NCBI GenBank assembly: GCA_033762115.1
Contig: JANRLX010000093.1
Location: 32,001-96,000, forward strand
DNA: 64,000 nt
Reading direction: 5' to 3'
From: Verrucomicrobiota bacterium
GTDB lineage: Bacteria; Verrucomicrobiota; Verrucomicrobiia; Limisphaerales; SXQI01
Within the stretch, counting starts at the first letter, position 1, and every line of letters starts with the position of its first letter. Positions 39,903 to 50,289 of this stretch are shown piece by piece. The position numbers and the translations under genes were made by a program. The notes beneath the pieces were generated by a model. It did no database searches and was not told the DNA's origin. It worked only from the letters and a program-made list of their open reading frames with translations.

Positions 39903-41558
39903 CTACTCCATTCCTTTTTTGAACTCAGCGACTTGATCTGGTGAATACTGTTCTGCCAGTGGGAGTGCTCGAGAATAGATCGTTTTCAGGTCGGGATAAT
40001 CAGAAAACTGTTTTATAAATGCTCGGTAAATTTCTAGCGCTTCACGTCCCCGCCCCGCTGCCGGGAGGAGTAGGCCCGCTTTGATCATGAGCCTGATTGA
40101 TTGCTGGGGAGTCGGTTTCAATTGCAATGCCTGAAGATAAAAATCAATGCACTCGGCAATCTTTCCCTGGTCATTTAAAATGTCGCCTGCCTTTTCATGG
40201 AGCACAGCACTGTTGGTGAACCCCTTGGCTGTGAGCACAAAATTGAGCACCTGGTCCATCGGTGCCTTTTGCACCATATTAAAATTAGCGATCCGCAGTT
40301 CAGACCATTCAAGCAGGGGACTGTTCATTTCCGTCAGGATTCGGTCACGTTCCTGCCATTTGACCGCAAATGGCCGATAGAGGGGATCCCCAATGACTGT
40401 GGTTTGCCATGAGAGAAAGGTTTGGCAGGCATAAGCCGCTTCGCCAAAACTCATTCCCAGGAAAAACCATCTGCCCAAAAATGCGCCGACATCCGGGGTG
40501 CCGGTCAAATAAGGTTCTTCGACAGAGCCCATCGTAATGGTGGCGCCTTTCGCAATAAGAGGTCCCACCCAATGCCGGGTTGCGGTTCTGACAGATTGCG
40601 CGCTGAAGGAATGCAGGTGGTAGGCAAATGCGCCGGGCATAAATTCAACGTTGGGGCGGGTGAATGGCCCGGAAACATCTCCATCATACCATCCGGCATA
40701 GATTGCAATCTGACTCATCGGAAAAGCGGCTGTAAAAGTCTCCGGCTTTGAATCGAGCACCGTCTCCATTCCCAGGTAACGCGCACGGTCTGCGCCAATG
40801 CGGATCCAGTCGTCGCCCAATTTATAGTTTCCGTTTGTAAATCCCCGTGCATCAAAATAGGCCCTGCCCCACAAGCCCGTTTGTTCAGCAGCGAGCGCTT
40901 TGTCCACCAAGCCGCGTGCCAATTCGGCCGATGGCCCATCCAATCGTGCCACAAGCAGCACGCCGTTTGTTGGATGGAGCTGGTTCAGGTTCGTTGTTCC
41001 ATAAACATGATTTCCGAGCGGGCCGGTGATGGGGATGTCCAATCCATTCAAGGGTAACGCGGCAAGTTCATTGTCCACTGCGGCTTCATTTCGGCGCAGC
41101 TCCGGGCGCAATTTGTCCAAACCATCTTCCTTTATTGATCCCTCGGGGCTGATTTTTACAGGGACGCCATAGCAAAGAACGGCATAACGCACCGAAGCGC
41201 TTGCCACAACCGAAACCTTGACCTTTTTCCCAGCCGAGTTGGTCCTGGTATCTGGTTTGAATGTCCAGAGGTTTTGCTCCTTTAGTTTCTTGAGCAATGG
41301 TTCGGCAATTCCCTTTTCATATTCTCTTCGGGAAATAATCTCGCCTGTGGGGAGTGAGAATCCATAAACCTGATTTGCCGGGACCTTTCTTTTTTCTGCA
41401 TAATACTCAGCGATCTGTCGGGATTCAGGCATCTCTGAGTTATAAAGCACCACCACGGATTTTCCTTCGTTGACCGCTTCAGCAGCGATCAAACTGGCTT
41501 CTGCCAGGCAAAAGCAGAGCAGAAGTAGCATTCGCATGGAAACAATTGAGTGACTCAT
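39903..41558 (-). CDS. TIGR03790 family exported protein with C-terminal TPR-like region
   Basis: VVVLYNS...IAEYYAEKRKVP, LVARLDGP, YAGWY, AYHLHSFSA, GSVEEPY and IGDPLYRPF. Confidence 0.82.
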   Translation of the reverse strand: MSHSIVSMRMLLLLCFCLAEASLIAAEAVNEGKSVVVLYNSEMPESRQIAEYYAEKRKVPANQVYGFSLPTGEIISRREYEKGIAEPLLKKLKEQNLWTFKPDTRTNSAGKKVKVSVVASASVRYAVLCYGVPVKISPEGSIKEDGLDKLRPELRRNEAAVDNELAALPLNGLDIPITGPLGNHVYGTTNLNQLHPTNGVLLVARLDGPSAELARGLVDKALAAEQTGLWGRAYFDARGFTNGNYKLGDDWIRIGADRARYLGMETVLDSKPETFTAAFPMSQIAIYAGWYDGDVSGPFTRPNVEFMPGAFAYHLHSFSAQSVRTATRHWVGPLIAKGATITMGSVEEPYLTGTPDVGAFLGRWFFLGMSFGEAAYACQTFLSWQTTVIGDPLYRPFAVKWQERDRILTEMNSPLLEWSELRIANFNMVQKAPMDQVLNFVLTAKGFTNSAVLHEKAGDILNDQGKIAECIDFYLQALQLKPTPQQSIRLMIKAGLLLPAAGRGREALEIYRAFIKQFSDYPDLKTIYSRALPLAEQYSPDQVAEFKKGME

Positions 41559-41562
41559 AACG

Positions 41563-42345
41563 CTACGGAATATGAACGTGAAGCTGGTCATACGCAAACT
41601 CTACGCCGGGGGGCATTTCAGCCTGGTCAATATCATGGTCGTACTCATGGGTGAGATGGGTGAGGTAAGTTTTGCCTGCACCAATCCGCCGTGCCATGGT
41701 CAATGCTTCATCCAGACACATATGGGTCCAGTGCGGCTCCCGGCGTAACGCATCAAGCACCACCACATCCACTCCCCGGACTTTTTCGACTGATGGGTCC
41801 GGCACCGTTTTGCAATCACTCATGTAAGCCAGCTTTTTCTTCCCGCCCTGCTCGAACAAATAGCCGAATGTCGTCACCGATCCGTGCGGCAATGGCAGAG
41901 GAGTGATCGTCAGGTCGCCCAGTTGAAAAGGTCCATCGACAATATGTGGATCGGGATGGAAATAACCCTTGGGAATGGGGCCACCGGAAAATGCGTAAAC
42001 AAACACCCGTTTCAGGTCTTTCATTGTGTCCGCCCCAGCATAGATGGGAAGGGGCCCTCCGCGCACGTCACAGAAACGCCGGCAATCATCCAAACCCATA
42101 ATATGGTCTGCATGGGAATGAGTAAAGATGACCGCATCAAGCCATTTGATCCGTTCGCGAATAATCTGGAGGCGGAACTCAGGCGGGGTATCCACCGCAA
42201 TGCGGACAGTTGGCGTAGCCACGTAAATGGCGGCCCGATACCGATGATTACGGGGGTTGGCCAGAAATGTTTCCGGATAATCCTGTCCGATAACAGGCAC
42301 TCCCTGGCTTGTTCCTGTTCCCAAAAAGGTGAAATCAATCGGCAT
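41563..42345 (-). CDS. MBL-fold hydrolase (PhnP-like phosphodiesterase)
   Basis: [23 protein letters not shown] and THLTH. Confidence 0.9.
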   Translation of the reverse strand: MPIDFTFLGTGTSQGVPVIGQDYPETFLANPRNHRYRAAIYVATPTVRIAVDTPPEFRLQIIRERIKWLDAVIFTHSHADHIMGLDDCRRFCDVRGGPLPIYAGADTMKDLKRVFVYAFSGGPIPKGYFHPDPHIVDGPFQLGDLTITPLPLPHGSVTTFGYLFEQGGKKKLAYMSDCKTVPDPSVEKVRGVDVVVLDALRREPHWTHMCLDEALTMARRIGAGKTYLTHLTHEYDHDIDQAEMPPGVEFAYDQLHVHIP

Positions 42346-42439
42346 TCGTCTGCTCCACTGGCCCAAATGTGCTGTAATCAGGAACCCTCAGACAAGTTAC
42401 TTTTCCTTTGCGCAAGGGACGGGTCTGTTCAAAGCTTGA

Positions 42440-44161
42440 ATGCGACGAATGCTCACGACGCTGCGAATTAAAAATCTCGCGCTGGTTACCGATCTAACGG
42501 TTGAATTTCGATCCGGTTACAATGTGCTCACCGGTGAAACTGGCGCAGGGAAGTCAGTCATTCTGGGTGCGCTGAATCTTGTCCTCGGTGAACGCGCAGA
42601 CCGGACATTGATCCGGAGCGGCAGTGATTCCTGTACGGTTGAGGCTCTTTTCTCTGTTTCGAGCCTTGCCCCTGCGTTGAATCGTTTGCTGGAGGAAAGT
42701 GGACTCGATCAGCTCGTGGACGGGGAGTTGATCATTCGGCGGACCTTTTCCGTGGCGGGGACAAACAAGCAGTTTATCAATGGATCACCCGCTTCTCTTT
42801 CATTGCTGAATCGTATTGGTGAACATCTTGTGGATATTCACGGACCGCATGATCATCAATCGTTGTTCCATCCTGCGCGGCAATTGCAAATCCTTGATGC
42901 GTTCGGCTCGCTGGAGGCTCTGGGAAGCAATGTCTCCGAGGTTTACACACGCCTGCGAAATTTAAGTGAAGAGAAAGCTTCCCTGATCGGGGATGATCGT
43001 TCTCATGCCCAGCAGATGGACCTTCTGCGGTTTCAAGTGAATGAAATCACCGCCGCAAAACTGGCTCCTGAAGAGGAGGAATCCCTGGAAACAGAATACA
43101 AACGCGCCAGCAATGCGGCTCGTTTGCTGCAATTGGGGCAGGCTGCCCAAGCTGTGCTGACTGAAGAAGAACCGAGCCTCGCCGGGTTGGCTGGGACAGT
43201 AGGAAAAACGATCCAGGAAATGCAGCGTCTGGATCCGTCAGCCACTGCGTTACTTGAAGCACAACAGAATCTTTCGAATTCCATGCAGGAGCTTGAAAGT
43301 ACAATCTCTCATTATCTGGATAAGATTGAAGTGGATCCCGGACGGTTGGCGGAATTGGAGGAACGACTTTCACTGATCCAGGGATTACGGCGCAAATATG
43401 GTTCGACCGTGAGCGAGGTTATTTCTTTTGGTGAGCAGGCTGGGCAGAAACTCGTGCAACTGGAATCACGCGGGGAACGTATCCAGGAGTTGGACGTGTT
43501 GCTGGAGAAAACGGAAAAGCAGCTAAAAGTTGCCGCAGCAGAATTAACTGCCGCCCGCCGCAAATTGATTCCTAAGCTATCGAAAGCTGTCATCAGTGAA
43601 TTGCAGGCACTCGGCTTCAAGCGAAGCCATTTCGATGTTTCGCTAACCGAAACCTCCGTGAGCGCCACAGGAGCCGATGCCGTTGAATTTCAGTTTGCAC
43701 CAAATCCTGGTGAGCCACCCCGCCCATTACGTGCCATCGCCAGCTCAGGCGAACTTGCCCGTGTCATGCTTGCTGTGAAGACCGTTCTTGCGCAGGAGGA
43801 CGAAATCCCCACATTGATATTTGATGAAGTGGATGCCAATGTGGGTGGGGACACAGCCACTGCTGTCGGTCGCAAAATGTCGCAAATTGCCCGCGAACGC
43901 CAGGTGCTGTGCATCACTCACCTGGCTCCTGTCGCTGCCGCCGCAAACGCGCATTTTGTTGTGACGAAGGAAAGCGAAGGAAACCGCACCATCTCCAAAA
44001 TCAGGGAATTGGATGGATTGGAACGAGTTTCTGAAATTGCGCGCATGCTTGGAGGAGCAGGCGTTGCTGCGCGGCAGCACGCGGAAGCTCTCTTGCAAGA
44101 CCCTGAAATGAATCAACATACCTCCGGCGACGTCCTGCGTTATCATGGGAAAACGAACTGA
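42440..44161 (+). CDS. recN: DNA repair protein RecN
   Basis: TGETGAGKS, coiled coil, [17 protein letters not shown] and LCITHL. Confidence 0.95.
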   Translation: MRRMLTTLRIKNLALVTDLTVEFRSGYNVLTGETGAGKSVILGALNLVLGERADRTLIRSGSDSCTVEALFSVSSLAPALNRLLEESGLDQLVDGELIIRRTFSVAGTNKQFINGSPASLSLLNRIGEHLVDIHGPHDHQSLFHPARQLQILDAFGSLEALGSNVSEVYTRLRNLSEEKASLIGDDRSHAQQMDLLRFQVNEITAAKLAPEEEESLETEYKRASNAARLLQLGQAAQAVLTEEEPSLAGLAGTVGKTIQEMQRLDPSATALLEAQQNLSNSMQELESTISHYLDKIEVDPGRLAELEERLSLIQGLRRKYGSTVSEVISFGEQAGQKLVQLESRGERIQELDVLLEKTEKQLKVAAAELTAARRKLIPKLSKAVISELQALGFKRSHFDVSLTETSVSATGADAVEFQFAPNPGEPPRPLRAIASSGELARVMLAVKTVLAQEDEIPTLIFDEVDANVGGDTATAVGRKMSQIARERQVLCITHLAPVAAAANAHFVVTKESEGNRTISKIRELDGLERVSEIARMLGGAGVAARQHAEALLQDPEMNQHTSGDVLRYHGKTN

Positions 44162-44723
44162 TCAGCTAACGGAAACAGTAAAGAAGCAACTGGAACTTCT
44201 CGGGGAGGATCCTTCCCGGGACGGTCTGCGGGATACGCCAAAAAGGGTGGCCAAGTCGCTGGAATTCCTCACCAGTGGTTACTCGCTTGATCCCAAAAAG
44301 GTGTTGAACAATGCCTTGTTCGACGTGAAATCCGACGAAATGGTGATCGTGAAAGACATCGATTTTCACAGCCTTTGCGAGCACCACATGCTTCCATTTT
44401 TTGGCAAATGTCATATTGCCTACCTTCCGGGGAAAAAGGTGATTGGGCTCTCAAAATTACCTCGATTGGTCGATGTCTTCGCCCGGCGCCTCCAGGTGCA
44501 GGAAAGAATGACCAATCAAATTGCAAGGACCATCCAGGAATTAATCAATCCCCTGGGGGTGGGTGTGGTGATCGAGTCGCAACATCTGTGCATGTTGATG
44601 CGTGGCGTGGAAAAGCAGAATTCTTATGCCATCACCTCATCAATGATTGGCTGCTTTCGAGATGATGCGAGAACCCGCAGCGAATTTCTTGATCTTATTC
44701 ATCACCGGCGACATAGCCTTTGA
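44145..44723 (+). CDS. folE: GTP cyclohydrolase I
   Basis: [29 protein letters not shown] and HLCMLMRG. Confidence 0.96.
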   Translation: MGKRTDQLTETVKKQLELLGEDPSRDGLRDTPKRVAKSLEFLTSGYSLDPKKVLNNALFDVKSDEMVIVKDIDFHSLCEHHMLPFFGKCHIAYLPGKKVIGLSKLPRLVDVFARRLQVQERMTNQIARTIQELINPLGVGVVIESQHLCMLMRGVEKQNSYAITSSMIGCFRDDARTRSEFLDLIHHRRHSL

Positions 44724-44792
44724 TGGAAGAGCCGGTGAGTAAATATGCGTGCTTTGCATCGACATATTTAGTAGAACCCTGATCTGTTTTAT

Positions 44793-45623
44793 ATGAGCAA
44801 TATTGCAGCAACCGTGACGGACATCCTTATCAAGTACGGGTTTCAGATACTTGGCGCCATCATTGTGATGCTGGTGGGATATTTTCTTTCAACAAAACTG
44901 GGAGCCCTTTCCTTGTCATGGCTTCAGAAAAAGGAAATGGAACCACCTGTGCGAATGCTGATCGTTCGCGTGGTCCGGTTACTGGTTCTGTTGCTGACGA
45001 TCGTCATCGCCCTTGATACAGTGGGAGTTCCTGTCGGCCCATTGATCGCAGGCATTGGCGTGGCGGGTGTCGGTGTCGGTTTTGCTTTGCAAGGGGTTCT
45101 TTCGAATTTTTTCGCTGGATTATTCATTATTTTCACAAAGCCTTTTCGCGTGGGGGAGTTCATTGATTTGCTGGGTGAGATGGGGCAGGTCAGTGCCATC
45201 GACCTGTTTTCAACAAAGCTTGCCCAGGCGGATAAATCAGTGGTCGTCATTCCCAATCGTAAGATCATCGGTGAAATCCTCCATAATTACGGCATGACCC
45301 GGCAGGTCGCGATCGAACTGGGCGTGGCATATAACACCGATATCAATCATGCAATCGAAGTGATCACCAGCACAGTGAAAGCAAATGCGAAAGTGTTGAA
45401 GGAGCATGATCCGGCAGTTTTCATCAGCACCCTTGCAGATTCATCCATGGTAATTTCCGTGCGGGCGTGGTGCGCGCTGTCCAATTTTCCCGCGACGCGT
45501 GCTGAATTGATGCGCGAAATTGTCACAGCCTTGAAACAGCACAATATTCAAATTCCATTCCCGCAAAGGGAGATCAGGATTTTGAACGCCCCTGAAGCTC
45601 CCGGACTTTCCCGGGTGGCTTAA
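44793..45623 (+). CDS. mscS: small-conductance mechanosensitive channel
   Basis: GFALQGVLSN, KPFRVG, IPN and IPFPQR. Confidence 0.9.
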   Translation: MSNIAATVTDILIKYGFQILGAIIVMLVGYFLSTKLGALSLSWLQKKEMEPPVRMLIVRVVRLLVLLLTIVIALDTVGVPVGPLIAGIGVAGVGVGFALQGVLSNFFAGLFIIFTKPFRVGEFIDLLGEMGQVSAIDLFSTKLAQADKSVVVIPNRKIIGEILHNYGMTRQVAIELGVAYNTDINHAIEVITSTVKANAKVLKEHDPAVFISTLADSSMVISVRAWCALSNFPATRAELMREIVTALKQHNIQIPFPQREIRILNAPEAPGLSRVA

Positions 45624-45630
45624 CTGCCGG

Positions 45631-46860
45631 ATGAGGACCCTGCATGGCTACTTGTTGCGGCAGGTCCTCCTGGCATTGCTGATGACCGTGGCGGTGTTCA
45701 CGGTTCTGTTGCTGCTTGGGAGTGTCCTCAAGGAAATTCTCGCCCTCGTTGTCACAGGCCAGGTCAGTTTTATAGTCGTCGTCAAGGCCATTGGGCTGCT
45801 CATTCCTTATGTCATGACATTCGTCCTGCCATTTGGGATGTTGACCGCCTCCCTTCTCGTTTTCGGCAGGTTTAGTGCAGACAACGAACTCACGGCGGTT
45901 CGGGCGAGCGGTGTGAGTCTCATCTCATTAGTCACTCCAGTACTGCTTCTCGGCCTTGCTCTTTGCGCGTTGACCGCCTTGATCAATCTCAAGGTCGCGC
46001 CGGCATTTCGAACTGCCTACAAAAACCTTGTGTTCAATGCCGGCATGCTGAACCCCACCAGCCTGATCACCGAAGAGCGATTCATCGATGAAATTCCGGG
46101 GTTCGTCCTGTATCTCCGTAAACGAAACGGTGATATCATTGAGGATGTCCGAATGTACTTGTTGCAGGAAGGCACCATTTCGCAACGGATCAGTGCTGAA
46201 TCTGGCCGCATCCTTTGGGATGAAACCAATAAAACGATTGCGTTCGAGTTGAACGAAACGATCGTTGAAGCCTTGCGTGCGAGGGAGGAATATATAACAA
46301 ATGAAATCTCTCTCCCCAGCACGGAAGTCATCACTAATTTGATTCAGGCAACGGATGGCACCAATTTCATTTCGCTCACGACAAACAGCGTGGAATATGT
46401 GGTCACAACCAACCATGTGATGGAATGGCATAATCTTTCCTCCGGCGCCATGGTGACGGACCCTGTTGATCTAAAGCCGCTGCTGGGCTCCACTCGCCGC
46501 GCCAAATTAACGGAAATGACTCACTCACAATTAAAAGAGGAAATCGCACGTCGCCTTGCCCAGGGAATCAATGCCACGCCTGCGGAAGTGGCTTATCACA
46601 GGCAAATTGCTTTTTCCTTTGCCAGTTTTGCATTCACCCTGGTGGGGATTCCCCTCGCCATCCGTGCGCATCGGCGTGAGACGAGTATTGGCGTGGCCAT
46701 TTCCCTGCTTTTAGTTCTGCTTTACTACGGTTTTTTTATTCTCGCGGAGGGACTTCAAACCCGCCCCAGCTTCTTTCCTCAATACCTTCTCTGGGTTCCC
46801 AACTTTCTCTTTCAGGCTGTGGGTTCCATCCTTCTGTTCCGCGCCAACCGAGCCGGATAA
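45631..46860 (+). CDS. LptF/LptG family LPS export permease
   Basis: 3+3 TM layout, FGRFSADNELTAVRASG, GIPL and WVPN. Confidence 0.88.
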   Translation: MRTLHGYLLRQVLLALLMTVAVFTVLLLLGSVLKEILALVVTGQVSFIVVVKAIGLLIPYVMTFVLPFGMLTASLLVFGRFSADNELTAVRASGVSLISLVTPVLLLGLALCALTALINLKVAPAFRTAYKNLVFNAGMLNPTSLITEERFIDEIPGFVLYLRKRNGDIIEDVRMYLLQEGTISQRISAESGRILWDETNKTIAFELNETIVEALRAREEYITNEISLPSTEVITNLIQATDGTNFISLTTNSVEYVVTTNHVMEWHNLSSGAMVTDPVDLKPLLGSTRRAKLTEMTHSQLKEEIARRLAQGINATPAEVAYHRQIAFSFASFAFTLVGIPLAIRAHRRETSIGVAISLLLVLLYYGFFILAEGLQTRPSFFPQYLLWVPNFLFQAVGSILLFRANRAG

Positions 46861-46872
46861 ACCAGTTTAAAC

Positions 46873-46888
46873 AGGCATTTTTATTGCT
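46873..46888 (+). promoter_or_regulatory. possible sigma54 -24/-12 promoter
   Basis: AGGCATTTTTATTGCT has GG-N10-GC spacing. It is intergenic, upstream of the REC-HDOD gene. Confidence 0.45.
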
Positions 46889-47071
46889 GAATGGGGAGTG
46901 TTGAATCCTGCACTCTCCAATTTGAACGGAAATCCGTTTCGATTTTCAAGGGGAATGGGTGTTAAGTCCCGTTCCTGGGCAGCCTGCACCATTTTAGGAA
47001 ACATTCATTTTGCCGATAAACCCTCTGTGCAAGGTCAGGCGACTTTGTGTGTGGATTCGATCAGACGGTGT

Positions 47072-48292
47072 ATGGAGAACAACCCTGCAGTACAAAAGAA
47101 GCGGATTTTGTTCGTTGATGATGATGAACAAAGCACAGCCGCCTTGCAGAATCGTCTCTGGCACATGCGGCATGAATGGGAGATGGAATTCCTCCACAGT
47201 GGGCAGGCGGCGCTTTCCCGATTGGAAGAGGGACATGTTGATGTGATCGTCTCCGATCTTTCCATGCCTCGGATGAACGGGGCGCAGCTTCTGGAAAGAG
47301 TGATGCAACGCTATCCCGATACCGCCCGCGTCATGCTGACGACTCCTGGTGAGGAGCATTTGCTTTTTAATTCAGTCCAGACAGCCCATTGGTTTCTGCA
47401 CAAGCCGTGTGAAACCGACCTGCTCGTCAAAACAATTCGTCGGGTTTGCCTGCTGCGCTCTCCGGAGCTTCCGTATGAAATTGCCGAATTGATCTGCACG
47501 CTTGAACGATTGCCAAGCCTGCCGCGAATGTATTCAGAATTGATGGATATATTCAATAAACCGAATTTTGACCTGAGTGAGGTTTCAGATGTGATCTCGC
47601 GTGATCCTTCAATGACTGCCCAGATTCTGAAGCTGGCAAACTCAGCCTATTTCGGATTACGTGGAAAAATTTCCAACGTCCAGGATGCCCTGAGCTTTAT
47701 TGGCTTTGATACCATTCGATACCTGGTGCTTTCAGTTGGGGTCTTTTCTCAATTTGATGAAAAGCGATTCGACTCGCGCTTCCTGGAATCTGTTTGGGCC
47801 CACAGCCTCACGACAGCCGCTGCAGCCAAGAGCATCGCTGAACATGAAGGTTTCAATCATGGATTCTCGAATGATTGTTTTGTTGCAGGCCTGCTGCATG
47901 ACCTTGGAAAAATCATCCTTGCTGATAATCGGTCCGAATCTTATCGCACAGTCCTGGCCACGGCCCAAAGCGAAAGGATTCCCACATGGAAAGCCGAGCA
48001 CGCGTTTTACAAGGCGCATCATGGGGAAATAGCGGGGTATCTCTTACAGCTATGGGAATTGCCGCAGCAGATATGCAGCGCAATCATCAACCACCACTCG
48101 CCTGACAAATTTTCCGGCCCGGAACCTTCAATTACCACGATCCTGCACGTTGCGGATGCTCTGGCTCACAAGATCAAACGAAACCATAATCAGGATTCCA
48201 TTGTTGAGATGGACGCTGCTTTTCTGAGTGCCGTCGGTCTGGAGGAAAATGTGGCAGCGTGGCATACGATTCTCGGCGTCAAACCGGGTTGA
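47072..48292 (+). CDS. response regulator with REC and HDOD domains
   Basis: ILFVDDD, VSDLSMP, HKP, then LPSLP, ILKLANSAYF and AGLLHDLGK. Confidence 0.9.
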   Translation: MENNPAVQKKRILFVDDDEQSTAALQNRLWHMRHEWEMEFLHSGQAALSRLEEGHVDVIVSDLSMPRMNGAQLLERVMQRYPDTARVMLTTPGEEHLLFNSVQTAHWFLHKPCETDLLVKTIRRVCLLRSPELPYEIAELICTLERLPSLPRMYSELMDIFNKPNFDLSEVSDVISRDPSMTAQILKLANSAYFGLRGKISNVQDALSFIGFDTIRYLVLSVGVFSQFDEKRFDSRFLESVWAHSLTTAAAAKSIAEHEGFNHGFSNDCFVAGLLHDLGKIILADNRSESYRTVLATAQSERIPTWKAEHAFYKAHHGEIAGYLLQLWELPQQICSAIINHHSPDKFSGPEPSITTILHVADALAHKIKRNHNQDSIVEMDAAFLSAVGLEENVAAWHTILGVKPG

Positions 48293-48294
48293 CC

Positions 48295-49254
48295 TCAAGG
48301 TTCAAGAACGATTTTTCCGAAAGCTCCCGGTTCCATCACGGCCAGATGAGCTTTGCCAGCTTCTTTAAGGGAAAAAACTTTTCCGATCACCGGCTTGATA
48401 ATCCCCGTATGAATCGCTCCTTCAATTGCGGCATGAATCGAGCGATGCTCCATCACGTTAAGGTTCCAAAGTGACATCGCCCTAATGTCCGCATCGCGCG
48501 TCATCAAGTCTCTGGGATTGATCTCAACGCTGCCCCGGCTTCCTACCACCACCACTCTTCCCTGCGCCGCGAGCAACGGCAAATCCTTGCCCAGGTTCAC
48601 ATTTGCCAGCATCTCAATAATCAGGTTCACTCCAATTCCCGTGGTCAACGATTTTACTTCCTCCAGATAACCCGGCGCACGATGATCCAGGACGTGATGC
48701 GCTCCATGCTGTGAGACGAGTTCCCGGCCTTGAGCGGTCCCTCCGGTCGCAATGACCCGCAGGCCTGCTGACCTGGCAAATTGCACTGTGGCAAGGCCCA
48801 CCCCACCTGTTGCTCCATGGATCAGCACGGTCTCGCCGCTTCGGGCATTTCCTCGATGAAACAAAGCGCGGTAGGCTGTTGCGTAGGGCACATTCACAGC
48901 GGCAGCTTGCTGAAAACCAAAAGATTCATGGAGAAGGTGCGCGTTTCGTGCCGATACCACTGCAAATTCCGCGTAAGTTCCCGTGCGGCTTCCGCTGGTG
49001 TAAACCGCCATTCCTTCAGTGAGCTGTGTGACACCAGCGCCCACCTTCCGAATCACGCCTCCGGCATCGGTGCCGGGTGTAAATGGTGGTTTGATGGATG
49101 GATTCATCCCCGCGCGAAAATAAGTTTCCACGGGATTGACTCCAATGGCTTTAACTTCGATCAGGACTTCTCCCGGTCCAGCCACAGGTTCAGGCATGTC
49201 CACATACTTTAAAACTTCCGGCCCGCCGAACTGATCAACAACAATACCCTTCAT
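48295..49254 (-). CDS. NADPH:quinone reductase (zeta-crystallin/MDR family)
   Basis: GGPEVL, GVNPVE, PGTDAGG, HGATGGVG and GKIVL. Confidence 0.9.
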   Translation of the reverse strand: MKGIVVDQFGGPEVLKYVDMPEPVAGPGEVLIEVKAIGVNPVETYFRAGMNPSIKPPFTPGTDAGGVIRKVGAGVTQLTEGMAVYTSGSRTGTYAEFAVVSARNAHLLHESFGFQQAAAVNVPYATAYRALFHRGNARSGETVLIHGATGGVGLATVQFARSAGLRVIATGGTAQGRELVSQHGAHHVLDHRAPGYLEEVKSLTTGIGVNLIIEMLANVNLGKDLPLLAAQGRVVVVGSRGSVEINPRDLMTRDADIRAMSLWNLNVMEHRSIHAAIEGAIHTGIIKPVIGKVFSLKEAGKAHLAVMEPGAFGKIVLEP

Positions 49255-49260
49255 GTCATT

Positions 49261-50142
49261 TTAGCGTGCCCGCTTTCCTGCATCATACCCTCGGACAAAC
49301 CCCACACATTGCGCCACATCAGGCACTGAATGTTCCAGATTGTACTCGTACTCAATTGCAATGTGCCCTTTAAAATTCTGGCGTTTGAGTTCTTCCAGAA
49401 TGCCGGGAATATCCGAAGTGCCTGTCCCATACGGCGCGTCATGCCCACCGGGGCCAAACTCGTGAAGATCCTTCAAATGAGAGCTCAGTACGCGTCCTTC
49501 GAGTATCTTCAACGCATCCACAGGTTTGATCCCGGAACGCGCAAAATGACCGGTGTCCGCGCAGGCTCCGAGGCGGCGGTCCCGGTCCTTCACCAGGGAC
49601 AAAATATATTCCGGGTCCCAATACCTGTAACCCGGATCATTGGGACGCCTGGGATGATTGTGAATGCTCATGGTCAGGTCGAACTCCTTGCAAAGTTTTT
49701 CGATGAGGTCGAGCGCCTCGGGCTTTGCTTCAGAGGTCACACCGCGCATCCCCAGTTTTTTGGCGAAGGTAAACACCGCCCGGCACTCCGCCTCGTCGTT
49801 GGGTAATCCAACCACACCGTAATTCACTGCGATCAGGTCATGCTTGCGGAGTTTCATGCGAAGCTTTTCCACCACTTCTTCCCCGGAGGAGTGATGCACC
49901 TTCAGGTTTGGTTCCTCGCGGCTAAGTATTTGGCCTGGGTAAAATTCAATCACGCGTGCCCCCGCCGCGGCTGTCTTCTCAATTGCTTCAAAGGCGCTGA
50001 AACGATGAAAGGTATAAGCCTGACAGCCCAGGGCGAATCCCGCGATTTTATGGCTGTCGGGGATTTCAACCTCCGCATGCAGTTGAGTGGAGATCAATAA
50101 ACTGAAGAGCGCGGCTATAGCTCGGATTTTAAGGTGAATCAT
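49261..50142 (-). CDS. exported sugar phosphate isomerase/epimerase (TIM barrel)
   Basis: Signal peptide, IHNH, DTGH, HLKD and IEYE metal motifs. Confidence 0.85.
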   Translation of the reverse strand: MIHLKIRAIAALFSLLISTQLHAEVEIPDSHKIAGFALGCQAYTFHRFSAFEAIEKTAAAGARVIEFYPGQILSREEPNLKVHHSSGEEVVEKLRMKLRKHDLIAVNYGVVGLPNDEAECRAVFTFAKKLGMRGVTSEAKPEALDLIEKLCKEFDLTMSIHNHPRRPNDPGYRYWDPEYILSLVKDRDRRLGACADTGHFARSGIKPVDALKILEGRVLSSHLKDLHEFGPGGHDAPYGTGTSDIPGILEELKRQNFKGHIAIEYEYNLEHSVPDVAQCVGFVRGYDAGKRAR

Positions 50143-50289
50143 AACTTTTCCCTGATTACCTTCAGGCAAATCGATTCAAACCATGTTGTCAATGAAAACG
50201 GCAACAACTGGACGAAAATGCTGTTACTCGCACTGTTCATTAAAAATTCGCGTGCCTCCCGCATGAGGCCCTGTATTCTGGTGTTTCTC

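Noticed and set aside
29222..50289. Long gene overlaps implied by track starts (29222, 33716, 33956, 38997, 41597, 50134)
   Set aside because: Downstream starts fit the family N-termini and remove the overlaps.
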